Source: Gemmatimonas sp. (GTDB taxonomy: Bacteria; Gemmatimonadota; Gemmatimonadetes; Gemmatimonadales; Gemmatimonadaceae). From it: a stretch of 64,000 nucleotides of DNA. The translations under genes and the position numbers were made by a program. This document shows, in pieces, positions 10,754 through 21,000 of the stretch. The notes beneath the pieces were generated by a model. The model did not search any database. It had not been told where the DNA came from and saw only the letters and a list, made by a program, of their open reading frames with translations. The DNA is taken from assembly GCA_965279375.1 (NCBI GenBank), contig OZ257156.1, forward strand, positions 3,936,001 to 4,000,000, given 5' to 3'. The stretch's first letter is position 1; each line of letters opens with the position of its first letter.

Positions 10754-12105
10754 GCGTCGCGCTCGAAGAAGGTGGCGTGCAGACGCTGCATCGCTGGCAC
10801 GACCTGCTCGTCGTCGATGACGAGCGTGAAGTTGATGCCCGTGGCACTCAACGACGCCATGTGCACGGGAATGGGGCCGAGTGCGGCGATAGCGTCCGCA
10901 ATGGCGCGACCTCCGTCAGCAATGCCAGCGCCAACGATCGCGACAATGCCACGCTCGCGCTCCACGGCAACGTCACCGAACTCCATCAGATCGCCGACGA
11001 CGGCTTCGAGATTGCTTGCATCGTCGAGCGTGACCGAGATCGACACTTCCGAGGTGGCCACCACGTCAACGGAGGTGCGGTGCGTCTCGAAGACTTCGAA
11101 GACGCGACGCAGGAAGCCCGGCGCGAGCAGCATGCGCGCGGAGCGCAGTTTGACGAGCGTGGTATGACGCTTGCCCGCGATTGCTCGCACAGACATTCGC
11201 GGCGCTTCGAACGCGATCATCGTGCCGCGTCCGCCCGGGTTTCGCGAATTGAAGACGTACACCGGTATGCCACGCTGCACGGCAGGTGCAATCGTGCTGG
11301 GGTGCAGCACCTTCGCGCCGAACGACGCCAACTCGGCGGCTTCGTCAAAGCGAATGCGCTCGATCAATCGTGCGTTAGGGACCACGCGCGGATCGGCGGT
11401 GAGCATGCCATCCACATCGGTCCAGATCTCGATGGCTTCCGCATTCACCGCCGCGCCAATCAGCGACGCAGAATAGTCCGAACCACCGCGACCGAGCGTC
11501 GTGGTCACGCGTCCTGGCGCGCTCCCCACAAAGCCACCCATCACGGCGATCTGGCCACGCTCAGCGATCGGCACGATGTACGCCTGCGCTGCACGCTCGA
11601 TCTCTTCGGTATCGGGCTCGGCCCTGGTGAAGAAATCGTTGGTTCGCATGACATCGCGCGCGTCCACCCACACCGCGGGAAGCCCGCGATGCCGGAACGC
11701 AGCAGCAACGATCTGCGAGGAAAGCAACTCACCGACCGCGGCCACCGTGTCGAGCGAGCGTGGCGTGAGGTAGCCCAACGTGCGCAGCGCTTCGGCGAGA
11801 TGCGCAAGTTCATCGAACGACGCGCCAATCTCCGTCGCGATCTCGAGCGCTTCCGGCGATCCATCCAACAGGCTCGCCGCCTCGCGCAAATGCCGATCGC
11901 GCAGCTGCTCTATCAAACCGAGCGCGAGGAGCAACTCGCCCGAGGCTGCGCGATTGGCGACTTCGAGCAGCTGGTTGGTGGCGCCACCGAGCGCGGACAC
12001 TACGACGATCGGCTGCTTCGCGCGCTTGCTCTGAATGATCTGTGCCGTGCGATCGATCGCCTCCGCATCGGCCACTGACGTGCCACCGAACTTGCAGACG
12101 ATCAC
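10750..12105 (-). CDS. lysC: Aspartokinase (lysine-sensitive type)
   Basis: KFGGTSV, VVSA, TTLGRGGSDYSA, WTDVDG, ADPR, FGAKVLHP, two ACT domains. Confidence 0.95.
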   Translation of the reverse strand: MIVCKFGGTSVADAEAIDRTAQIIQSKRAKQPIVVVSALGGATNQLLEVANRAASGELLLALGLIEQLRDRHLREAASLLDGSPEALEIATEIGASFDELAHLAEALRTLGYLTPRSLDTVAAVGELLSSQIVAAAFRHRGLPAVWVDARDVMRTNDFFTRAEPDTEEIERAAQAYIVPIAERGQIAVMGGFVGSAPGRVTTTLGRGGSDYSASLIGAAVNAEAIEIWTDVDGMLTADPRVVPNARLIERIRFDEAAELASFGAKVLHPSTIAPAVQRGIPVYVFNSRNPGGRGTMIAFEAPRMSVRAIAGKRHTTLVKLRSARMLLAPGFLRRVFEVFETHRTSVDVVATSEVSISVTLDDASNLEAVVGDLMEFGDVAVERERGIVAIVGAGIADGGRAIADAIAALGPIPVHMASLSATGINFTLVIDDEQVVPAMQRLHATFFERDA

Positions 12106-13178
12106 GGCTGGGCGAGCCCCGCGAGCTGACCGGATGCCACCAGCAACTCGGCGTTGAGAATCGAACCACCGGCGGCGCCACGCACGACATTGTGCGACAT
12201 CGCGACCAGTCGCAGGTCGAAGAGATTGTCGGCGCGTACGCGTCCGATCGTGACGGCCATGCCACCGCCGGCGTTCACGTCGCGGCGCGGCTGTGGGGCG
12301 TTGTCTTCATCGCGAATGATCAGCGCGGGCACCGGCGCCGACGGCAATCCGCGCACACCGGGGAAGCCTTCCCACGCACGCAGACAGGCGAGCGCTTCTT
12401 CCGGCGACGGCGCGCGCTCAAACGCCACGGAGAGACACACCGTGTGGCCATGCTCCACCGCGACTCGATTGGCATGCGCGCTGGTGACGATGTTCGCCGG
12501 CGTGATGCTCGAGCCGGCATAGCTCCCAAGCAACTTCACCAGCTCCGTCTCGATCTTGGGTTCTTCATCGCCGATGTACGGAATGACGTTGCCGAGGATG
12601 TCGAGTGATGGCACGCCAGGATAGCCAGCGCCGGAGACCGCCTGCATCGTGGTGGCGAACACCTTCTTCACGCCGAATGCTGCATGGAGCGGTGCCAGCG
12701 CCATCGCGATCACCGTCACCGCGCAATTGGCGTTGGTGACGATGCCGCCTGGCCAGCCACGCGCCGCACGCTGCGCCGCGAGCAGTGCCAGATGATCACC
12801 ATTCACCTCGGGGATCACGAGCGGCACATCCGACTCCATGCGGTAATTCTTGGCGTTGCTCAGCACCATGCGTCCCGCCTTCGCGAACGCGGCCTCCACC
12901 TCGCCGGCCACCGACGAATCAAGCGCCGAGAAGACGATCGGAGCCGTCACCTCGGACGGATCGCACAGCTTGACGCCGAGTGCGGCCACCTTGGCCGGCA
13001 TGGTGCCTTCGAGCCAGCGCGTGGCCTCACGATACGAGCGTCCGGCACTGCGCTCCGATGCCGCGACCTCTACCAGGTCAAACCAGGGATGCCCTTCGAG
13101 CAGGCGAATGAAGGCCTGCCCAACGGCACCAGTGGCGCCGAGCACTGCGACCGGCCAGCGAGGAGTCTGAATAGTCAT
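12102..13178 (-). CDS. asd: Aspartate-semialdehyde dehydrogenase (archaeal/eukaryote-like branch)
   Basis: VLGATGAVGQ, HPWF, AASERSAG, PLVIPEVN, NANC, QAVSGAGYPG, HNVVRGAAGG. Confidence 0.95.
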   Translation of the reverse strand: MTIQTPRWPVAVLGATGAVGQAFIRLLEGHPWFDLVEVAASERSAGRSYREATRWLEGTMPAKVAALGVKLCDPSEVTAPIVFSALDSSVAGEVEAAFAKAGRMVLSNAKNYRMESDVPLVIPEVNGDHLALLAAQRAARGWPGGIVTNANCAVTVIAMALAPLHAAFGVKKVFATTMQAVSGAGYPGVPSLDILGNVIPYIGDEEPKIETELVKLLGSYAGSSITPANIVTSAHANRVAVEHGHTVCLSVAFERAPSPEEALACLRAWEGFPGVRGLPSAPVPALIIRDEDNAPQPRRDVNAGGGMAVTIGRVRADNLFDLRLVAMSHNVVRGAAGGSILNAELLVASGQLAGLAQP

Positions 13179-14167
13179 GCGAGAAGAGAGCGGACGATGC
13201 GTTCGTAGACGCCGACCGACGCTTCCAGCTCGGCGATGTCGACGTACTCGATGGGTGTGTGTGCGACATGAATGGAGCCCGGCCCGAAGAGCAGCGGAGT
13301 GCCCCAGCGGTCGAGCAACGGGATGTCGCTCGTGTAGGCGACGGGTTCGACCTCAAAGCCGTCGATCACATGAAAATGCTGCGCCGGAATGTGCGAACCC
13401 CACACCAATTCGGCCCGCTTGTCGGCCCACGCCTCGAACGCGGCCTTGACCGGTGCGACATCTCCGACGAGACGGATCATGAGCTCAGCTTCAGCCAAGC
13501 CCGGCACGATGTTGGCCTCGGTACCCGCGCGAAACACGCCGATGTTGTACGTGGTCGCGCCGAGCACGGGGTCGACGGGCAACGAAAGCGTACGCAGTTC
13601 GGGCAGCAGATCGAGCAGCGGTTCGAGTGCGCTGGAACCGAGATGCGCGTATGCGGAATGCGCCTCGCGCCCGCGCACGCGCACGATCAACCGCTGCGCA
13701 CCCTTTCCGCCTGAGGCCAGCTTACTCTCGGTCGGCTCGCCATTCACGAGCCACTTGCTGGTGGCCGGCAGGCGATTGGCCGCGCGGGCACCGGGGGATC
13801 CCTTTTCTTCACCGACCACGAACAGCAGATCGACGCGATCCTCGCCGGCATCCGCCAGCCGCTGCGCCGCGATCATCATCGCCGCCGCGATCCCCTTGGC
13901 GTCGCAGGCGCCACGCCCGTACAAACGATCGCCGTCGAGAGTGGGCGCCACATAGGGCGGGACGGTGTCCAGGTGCGTGGAGAGCGTGACGCCTCCGCCG
14001 CGGCGCGCGGCCCAGACGTTCGATCGTCCGGGCTCCACTTCCTGAAGCGTGACATTCCATCCGCGCGCGACAAGCCAGCGCGCGACGAAATCCACCGCGT
14101 CCCGCTCGCGGCCGGTGGTGGATTCGAGAGACAACAGTTCGGTGGCGAGGGCGACGACGTCAGACAT
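13175..14167 (-). CDS. M20 family metallo-amidohydrolase (ArgE/DapE-like; probably succinyl-DAP desuccinylase given context)
   Basis: THLDTV, GRGACDAKG, VGEE, GEPT, GPGSIHVAH; heads the dap operon. Confidence 0.85.
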   Translation of the reverse strand: MSDVVALATELLSLESTTGRERDAVDFVARWLVARGWNVTLQEVEPGRSNVWAARRGGGVTLSTHLDTVPPYVAPTLDGDRLYGRGACDAKGIAAAMMIAAQRLADAGEDRVDLLFVVGEEKGSPGARAANRLPATSKWLVNGEPTESKLASGGKGAQRLIVRVRGREAHSAYAHLGSSALEPLLDLLPELRTLSLPVDPVLGATTYNIGVFRAGTEANIVPGLAEAELMIRLVGDVAPVKAAFEAWADKRAELVWGSHIPAQHFHVIDGFEVEPVAYTSDIPLLDRWGTPLLFGPGSIHVAHTPIEYVDIAELEASVGVYERIVRSLLA

Positions 14168-14228
14168 CCGGCAAAGATAAGGCCCGAATGACGATGGCGC
14201 GCCCCCGCAATGCTACCGAACGCGCCCG

Positions 14229-17200
14229 CTACACAGTGATCGCCAGCCCTCGGTAGATCCGGGCGCGATAGCGGCTGTCCTCAGGCTCCGGCAGAGGCGC
14301 GGTGGCGAGCAACACCGCATGGGCGAATCGCTCCTGTTCCTCCGCCTGCTCCGCCGCATCGCGCGGCTCCTCCGAGCGCACCCGACGCGTGAGATTGATC
14401 TGGTTCACCGGCACGTTGTGCACCAGACGTTCGTTCTCCACGCCGAGCGTGGCCGTGAGGGCATGCAGCGTGGTTTTGACGAAGTTGGCCAAGGCGAACT
14501 CCGCGTGCGTCGGCCGCACCGGCACATCAGGCGAGACGAGCACCAGTCGCACATGGTCCATCAAGGAGACCTTCCGCGCGACACGGAAATGGTGCGTCAG
14601 ATGCGCCTCGACCAAGGCCGCGAATCCTGCCGCATCGAGCGCAGGGACTCCGTCCTCGTGGAGGATATGCGCGGGCAACGGAGTGAACGGCGTGGACACG
14701 ACAGCCGCGGGCGCACCGGCGACGGCGAGCGCCTGATCCATCCCGCCTTCCAGATCGTCGCCCACGACGATGTTCTCGATGCGATTGCTGTTGAGCACAA
14801 TGCGGAGCATCGACTGCACTTCCTTGGCCGCCTCGCTCGTGCGCGTCAGCAGGATGATCCGACCGACATCTCCCTGCTCGAGCGCCAGTCGCGCCGCGCG
14901 CGCCAGATGCGACGTGAGGTACTCGCCGATCAGCCAGATCGTCTGGCCCTTCATTTTGGCCAGACGCTCGGGCTTCGCGCGACCGAACAGTTCGCGCTCG
15001 GTGATGGTGCGTTCCTGATGCAGCCCGCCCGACGGCTGGAAGGTCTCGCCGCTAACGGCGCGGTCGGAGAGGAAAAGCACCGTCGCGAGTGCGACTTCCA
15101 CCTCAGTGGGCATGTTGCGCAGGTGGAGCATGCCGAGCACCCCCTGGCCGATCTTCTTCGCTTCGCCCAGGATCTCGTCACGCGAGAGAAAGGGATCGGG
15201 AGGCACCGGGAGCGCTTCGAGCCACGCGTCCCCAAAGCGCGCGCCGCGATCCGCCTCGCCGAGAAACCGTCCCGCCAGTCGCAAGCGCGCGACGAGGCGC
15301 GTCGCGATGGCGCGATGCATGAGAAAACGCCCTGACGATGCCGCGTCCTCTGTGGCGCGCCCTGCGCGCAACACCTTGTCGCAGAACGCGCGCACCGGTG
15401 CCGGGACGTCGGACGTCGCGGCGAGCACACCAGCGTCGTTGAGAGCCAACTGTTCGAGCAGCGTGCCGACGGCCGCACCCGCGCGCAGCGACTCCACCAC
15501 GGCCGCGTAGAGGCTGTTGAGGCGGCGATTCTCGAGGATGAGTCGCCCACGACGCTCGAACAGTCCCGGTTTGCCGCCGACGCCGCGCAGCCGGTCGCCG
15601 TCGACCGGCCCCGGCGCGATCGCGTTGACCTGAATTTCCGGCCCGACAAAGCGCGCGAGATTTTCCGTCAGCGCGCGCTGCCCCGCCTTGGAGACGGCGT
15701 AGTCCGCTCGATTGGGGTACGGCACGGCAACGTACTTCTCGCCACCGAAGTATGACGACACGTTGAGGATGTACCCGGTCCCCTGCCGCTTCATGATGGG
15801 CACGACCTTCTCGATCAGCGAGTAGTTGGACACGAGGTTGGCGTTGAGCGTCGCGCGCCACGCGTCCACCTCCATGTCCACCACCATCTGCTCCGCACCG
15901 GCCACGCCCGCGTTGTTGACGAGATAGTCGATGCGACCGAACGCACTGATCGTCGCGGCAACGGAGGCCGCCAACGATGCCTCGTCCGACACATCGATGT
16001 CCGGCAAAACGGCCACGCGATCGCGCGCTTCGTAGTAGCCGATGTCCTCCAGCTCGCGCACGATGGAGGCGCGCATCTCCTCCAGCTGATCGGCGCGGCG
16101 CGCCACCAGCATCACGCGCGCGCCGGCGATGGCGAGCAATCGTCCGAGCTGCCCGCCAATCCCCGCCGAGCCTCCGGTGATGAGCGCAACCTTGCCCAAG
16201 TGGAGTCCCATCAGCGACTCCATCCATCCGAAGATGGCACGCCGACTGCCCGTTGCTTCCACGATGGACACGGGCAGATAGAGATTCACCTGCCGAATGC
16301 GCCGGCGCGTGTAGAGCAAACGCGCCGCCTGCCCTGCGGCGAACGGCACATCTTCGGCGTCGCGATTGCCCCACCGAATGACCTGATTGGACCACTCGAC
16401 GAACGACCGACTCCCGGCCTTCTGCTGTTCGCCTGACTCGTCGCGCCACACACGACACAGCTCCTCCGTCGCCGCACGCAACACGTCGCCGTAGTTGTTG
16501 CCGTGTCCATCATCGCCATTGGAGAGAAAGACGACGCGCGGCGCCGTTCGCAGCGTGGCCGTCTCCCACATGCGCGTGAGGGCGCGCGCGAGTGCCATCA
16601 TCCCCACCAACTCGCCATCCACGAAGGTGTCCACATCGCCATCGGAGAGCGCGACGAACGGGCCGCGAAAACGCCAGGCGCCGTATGCCGGAAGGATGAT
16701 CGCGCTGTGCAGCGTCTCGCCCTCCGCGATGAGCTTGTCGAAGAACTCCTGCACCGTCGCCAAACGTGTGCGGTCGAGCAACGAGACGCTGATGCGCTGA
16801 TCGGCCGCGTCGATGCCCAATGCATCCACCGCCGCGCGCACTCCCTCTTCAGATCCCAACGTGAGCCGAACCTGCGCGCCACAGGTCGCCTGCACACGCG
16901 CGACGGCGAGCGCGTCGGTGACCTGATCGCCGGCTGCCACCAGCACGCGCACACCGGTGCCGTCCACGGTGCGCAACTCGGGGCGCGACACCCACGTGCT
17001 GCGCGATTCGGGGCGCACAGTCATACCGTGCGTCACTTCGAAATTGTGGCCGTTGATGGCCGCCGACTCTTCGCTGGCCAGAAACACGATGGTGTTGGCC
17101 ACATCGCTGATCGTTGGAAATCCCTTGCTCGGCGCTGGCTCCGGCGCTGAGGCGTCGCCCAGTGCCGCCGCCGCGGCCCGCGCCGCATCGACTGCGGGAT

Positions 17201-18017
17201 TGCGCGCGAGCGTCATCAAGCCGAGAAAGTCTCCCGCAGTCGTGCCACTCTCCGCCTTGCGCAGCGCGTCCATGGCGGCGAACACGGTACGAATGCGCGG
17301 TGATTCGATGGGGCCCGGGAAGACGGTATTGACGCGAATGCCACGAGCGCCAAGCTCACCCGAGAGCGCGCGCGAGAAAGCGTTGAGCGCGGCCTTGGGG
17401 ACCACGTACGCTGCGCGCCCGTAGTACTGCGTGCGCGAGAAGATCGTGGACACGTTGATGACGGACGCGCCAGCATGCAGATGGGGCGCCACCGCACGCA
17501 CGAGATTCCATGACAAGCCGAGCAGATTGCGCGCCGCCGCACCGACCGTCTCGACCTCGTTGATGCCGCCTGCACGCAACGTCTCGAGATCTTCCGGCAA
17601 CAGCGGCAAGTCCTGCAGGCGACACTTGGGTCCCGCTGTGCCAGCGTTGTTCACGAGGACGTCGATCTTGCCGACCTTTTTCATCAAGTCAGCGACGGCC
17701 ACGCGCACCTGCCCCGGTTCGGATGCATCCATGGGCAGCGTGATGATGCGCGACGCGGCGGCATGCGTGGACTCGCGCAGCGCGGTCTTCGCGCTTTCGA
17801 GCTTCTTGCGATCGCGACCGGACATCACCACCGTGGCGCCTTCCATCAGGAATCGACGCGTGACCTCGGTACCGATGTTACCGGCAGCGCCGGTGATCAG
17901 CGCCACCTTGCCGGCGAGGCGACCGCGCGCCGCGCGACGTCGCTCCTTGGGCGCCCCCCCCTCGACGTGTTCTTCGGTGCGCGCGTCGTGCGTCGTCTCG
18001 CGAGTGGTGTCGCTCAT
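14229..18017 (-). CDS. mcr: Bifunctional malonyl-CoA reductase (Chloroflexus type, 3-hydroxypropionate forming)
   Basis: About 1260 aa with tandem SDR domains: GRLAGKVALITGAAGNIG...STIFSRTQYYGRAAYVVPKAA...FPGPIES.RIRTVF; LHLGKVALITGGSAGIGGQ...YPNRADYAVSKAGQRA; C-terminus RIYRGLAITV. These match the C. aurantiacus Mcr layout as I recall it. True start is ATG 18017. Confidence 0.93.
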   Translation of the reverse strand: MSDTTRETTHDARTEEHVEGGAPKERRRAARGRLAGKVALITGAAGNIGTEVTRRFLMEGATVVMSGRDRKKLESAKTALRESTHAAASRIITLPMDASEPGQVRVAVADLMKKVGKIDVLVNNAGTAGPKCRLQDLPLLPEDLETLRAGGINEVETVGAAARNLLGLSWNLVRAVAPHLHAGASVINVSTIFSRTQYYGRAAYVVPKAALNAFSRALSGELGARGIRVNTVFPGPIESPRIRTVFAAMDALRKAESGTTAGDFLGLMTLARNPAVDAARAAAAALGDASAPEPAPSKGFPTISDVANTIVFLASEESAAINGHNFEVTHGMTVRPESRSTWVSRPELRTVDGTGVRVLVAAGDQVTDALAVARVQATCGAQVRLTLGSEEGVRAAVDALGIDAADQRISVSLLDRTRLATVQEFFDKLIAEGETLHSAIILPAYGAWRFRGPFVALSDGDVDTFVDGELVGMMALARALTRMWETATLRTAPRVVFLSNGDDGHGNNYGDVLRAATEELCRVWRDESGEQQKAGSRSFVEWSNQVIRWGNRDAEDVPFAAGQAARLLYTRRRIRQVNLYLPVSIVEATGSRRAIFGWMESLMGLHLGKVALITGGSAGIGGQLGRLLAIAGARVMLVARRADQLEEMRASIVRELEDIGYYEARDRVAVLPDIDVSDEASLAASVAATISAFGRIDYLVNNAGVAGAEQMVVDMEVDAWRATLNANLVSNYSLIEKVVPIMKRQGTGYILNVSSYFGGEKYVAVPYPNRADYAVSKAGQRALTENLARFVGPEIQVNAIAPGPVDGDRLRGVGGKPGLFERRGRLILENRRLNSLYAAVVESLRAGAAVGTLLEQLALNDAGVLAATSDVPAPVRAFCDKVLRAGRATEDAASSGRFLMHRAIATRLVARLRLAGRFLGEADRGARFGDAWLEALPVPPDPFLSRDEILGEAKKIGQGVLGMLHLRNMPTEVEVALATVLFLSDRAVSGETFQPSGGLHQERTITERELFGRAKPERLAKMKGQTIWLIGEYLTSHLARAARLALEQGDVGRIILLTRTSEAAKEVQSMLRIVLNSNRIENIVVGDDLEGGMDQALAVAGAPAAVVSTPFTPLPAHILHEDGVPALDAAGFAALVEAHLTHHFRVARKVSLMDHVRLVLVSPDVPVRPTHAEFALANFVKTTLHALTATLGVENERLVHNVPVNQINLTRRVRSEEPRDAAEQAEEQERFAHAVLLATAPLPEPEDSRYRARIYRGLAITV

Positions 18018-21000
18018 GACTGAATCTCCGGCACATTTCCCATTGCGGCCCACGCTTCGTAGAGTTGAACCGCTGAGCGCAGCCCAAGCGTGGGAAGCGC
18101 GTGATTGACGACGTATGTAGCCCCGGCGTGGCGATTGTCCCACATCGCCTGATGCGCCTCGGGAAGATCCGACCACGGCACAACGGTGGGCGTTGTCACT
18201 TCGAGCAGCCCGGCATCCACCATCTCGTTCATGCGCGTGACTTCGTACGCATTGCACAAGTGTGTACCCAGAATGCGCGCGGTCGGCATCAGAATGCGCC
18301 GCTGTCGCGTCCACACCTGCGGCGCGTAGAAGCTGTAGCGATGTCCGCGCATCGACTCGAAGTACACCACACGTCCCGTGAACGGCTGCACGAGTGAGGT
18401 GGAGACGGCCAGTGCATCGTGTCGCGCGCGTTCGATGATGAGGTCCGGCGCGCCGCGTGGGTTGTCCGCTGAACGCAGAATGCGTCCAACAGCACTGCCG
18501 AACGGCTTGATCGTCTTCTCCTGGAACGCACGCACCGCTTCGCGGAACGCCGCCGAATCGCGTCGCACATCGGGAAGCGATGGCATCGTGTCGGGCCACT
18601 CGAACTCGCCGCCGCTGCGCCGCAACAGCTCCTCGATGCTCAGCACGCCGCGCACGGCATCGCCGAACCCCAACGACTGTACGAACTCGCGCTGTGCATC
18701 CGTTCGCGCCGCCACACAACAGCGCGCGCCGCGCGCCGAGGCCGCCTCGATCGCTTCGAGACCGGCATCGTCCACCAAGTCGCCTGCGCCGTGTCCAGCG
18801 CCGTAGAACAAGAGCACCGCTTCGCCACTCCGCAATTCCGCGCGGCGAAGCATCTCCGACGGAGCAACCGCGCCAGCCTTGCCGGCAAAGGTGAAGTGGT
18901 ATCCCGACGACGCGCCGTAAAACGTCAGTGCGCCACCATCGGCCAACAGTTGGAACGACCGCGGAAATGCCAGCTCGCCAGCGTGCGACACGACGTAGTC
19001 CGCGAGCCGACCTTGATGCTGCGCGCGGAACGCATCGAGCAACGGCTCACCCTGCGCTTCCCAATTGGCAATCGCCTCTGCGCCGTCAGGCACCGTCGTG
19101 AAGCAATCGCGGATGGATGCGTCGCGACGATTGATCGCCCCACGCGCGCCGTGCTGACGCACCACGTCTGCGCGCTCCTCCGACGAAACCATTCCGGTCA
19201 CTTCACACCCGTGACGAGCGGCGCTCTTGAGCGCTTCGAGACCTGTTCCGGTCGCCGCGCCCTCAACGAACATCGTTCGTCCGGACTCGAGCTTGAGCGT
19301 GGTGAACAGCGCGCGCACGATCGTGCCCAAATTCAGGATGTATGACCCTGCCGACTCCAGCGTCAGATCCTGTGGCACCGGATGCAACTGCGGAGCCTGC
19401 ACGGCCACAAACTGCTGATGACTGCCGGTGCGCGACTCGTAGCCTTGAATGCGGAAGTCGGCCGACATCGGATCGCGTGCGGCAAAGGGCGACAGCAGCT
19501 CGCTCTGCCCAGAGTAGATCGCCACGAGGTCGCCGACACGCAGTCGCCCTTCCGACTTGGCCTCACTGCCCAACGACGCGACGAGACCAATCCCGCCCGA
19601 ACCGGTTACCTGCCAATCCTGATCGTGGTTGTCGAATGGCGACACGGGGATGCCCGTGATCGCCCAGATGTCGTTGAAGTTCACTTCGGACGCCAGCACG
19701 TAGACGAGCGCCTCGTTGGGCCCCACCTCATCCACTGGCACGATCAACTCGCGCTCGGCGACGCGCGGCTCGCCATGCATCGGCGCGCCCGTCTCCGCGT
19801 CACGCGCCACGCCTTGTCCAAACTGAAAGCGCGGAATCGGTGTGAACCCCGGAAAGAACGGCGCTCCGACCGGAAGCAAGTCGCCGCTAGCCATCAGCTC
19901 AGCGCGACGCGCCGCATCGAAAGGTTCACGCCGCCGGGTGGCGAGTGGTGCGCTGCGTCGATCGAAGAACGCCTTGATGCCGCGCTTCCCGCCATCCGGA
20001 TCGATCACCGCCTCGGCGAACAGGCGCGCTTCACGAGCGAGCCCTGCGTCCAAACCCTGGCTCCAGCCTGTTCGTACCGCATCCAACACACGCGACGCTG
20101 CCGCTCTGCGCCCTGCGCCCGCCGCTTGCATGAGCAGACGCTGCACGGGCGCGAGCGAGAGCATCGACTCGACATCGATGTGTCCCGGACGTTCCCACGC
20201 CGCGCGACGTTCCCGCACCAGCCTGAAATGTCGCGCGAGCTCGCTGTGATCGTCCTGCACAAACGCGCGCGCCAGCGCCGATGCACGTGAGACGACGTCG
20301 TCGCTGCCGCTGACCAACGCGTCCACAATGCCCAGTGCGAGCGCGTCCTCAGCCGCTACCTGCCGACCGCCGAGGATGACTTCCATGGCGGCGATGAACC
20401 CTTCGTTGCCGTCGCGATCAGCGAGCAGGCGCGTGAGGCGCTGAGTGCCGCCGTACCCCGGCAACAGATTGAGACGGATCTCCGGCTGCCCGAAGACCGC
20501 CGTTGGCTCGGCGATGCGATAGTGGCAGGCGAGGGCGAACTCGAGCCCTCCGCCCAGCGCGACGCCATTGATTGCCGAGATACAAGGCTTGGGCATCCGC
20601 TCGATCATGCGAAACGCGAGGTGCGCTACGTTGGGCAGCGGCATCGCGTCTTCGAGCGTGTGCATCTCGTCGAGCAGCTGACGGATGTCCGCACCGGCCA
20701 CGAACGACGACGTGCCACTGCCAGTGAAGATCACCGCGCGGACGTCGTCCTGTCGCGAGAGATGCTCCACCACGGTGCACAGCTCGTCGAGTGCGCGCTC
20801 GTTCAGCGCGTTGACCGGCGCATTGGTGACCGTAACGACAGCGATGCGCGCGCCGACGTGCACCGTGTGGTAGTGCACACGGAAGTAGCGCCAGAACGAC
20901 AGGATCTGTTGCGCTTCGCCGATGCGCTGCAGTGCGCGCCACGCGTCGATGACCTTCTGCAGTGCGGGAATCGACTCGGGATTGCGGAGCGTTGAGACGT

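Noticed and set aside
14168..14228. Possible att site duplicating the tRNA-Leu 3' end
   Set aside because: No copy of TACCCGGAGTGGG is seen here and there is no integrase in the window
18018..18719. 234-aa N-terminal extension of Mcr in the ORF track
   Set aside because: Overlaps pcs in another frame and has low-information Arg/Ala-rich composition; the ATGA overlap points to a start at 18017
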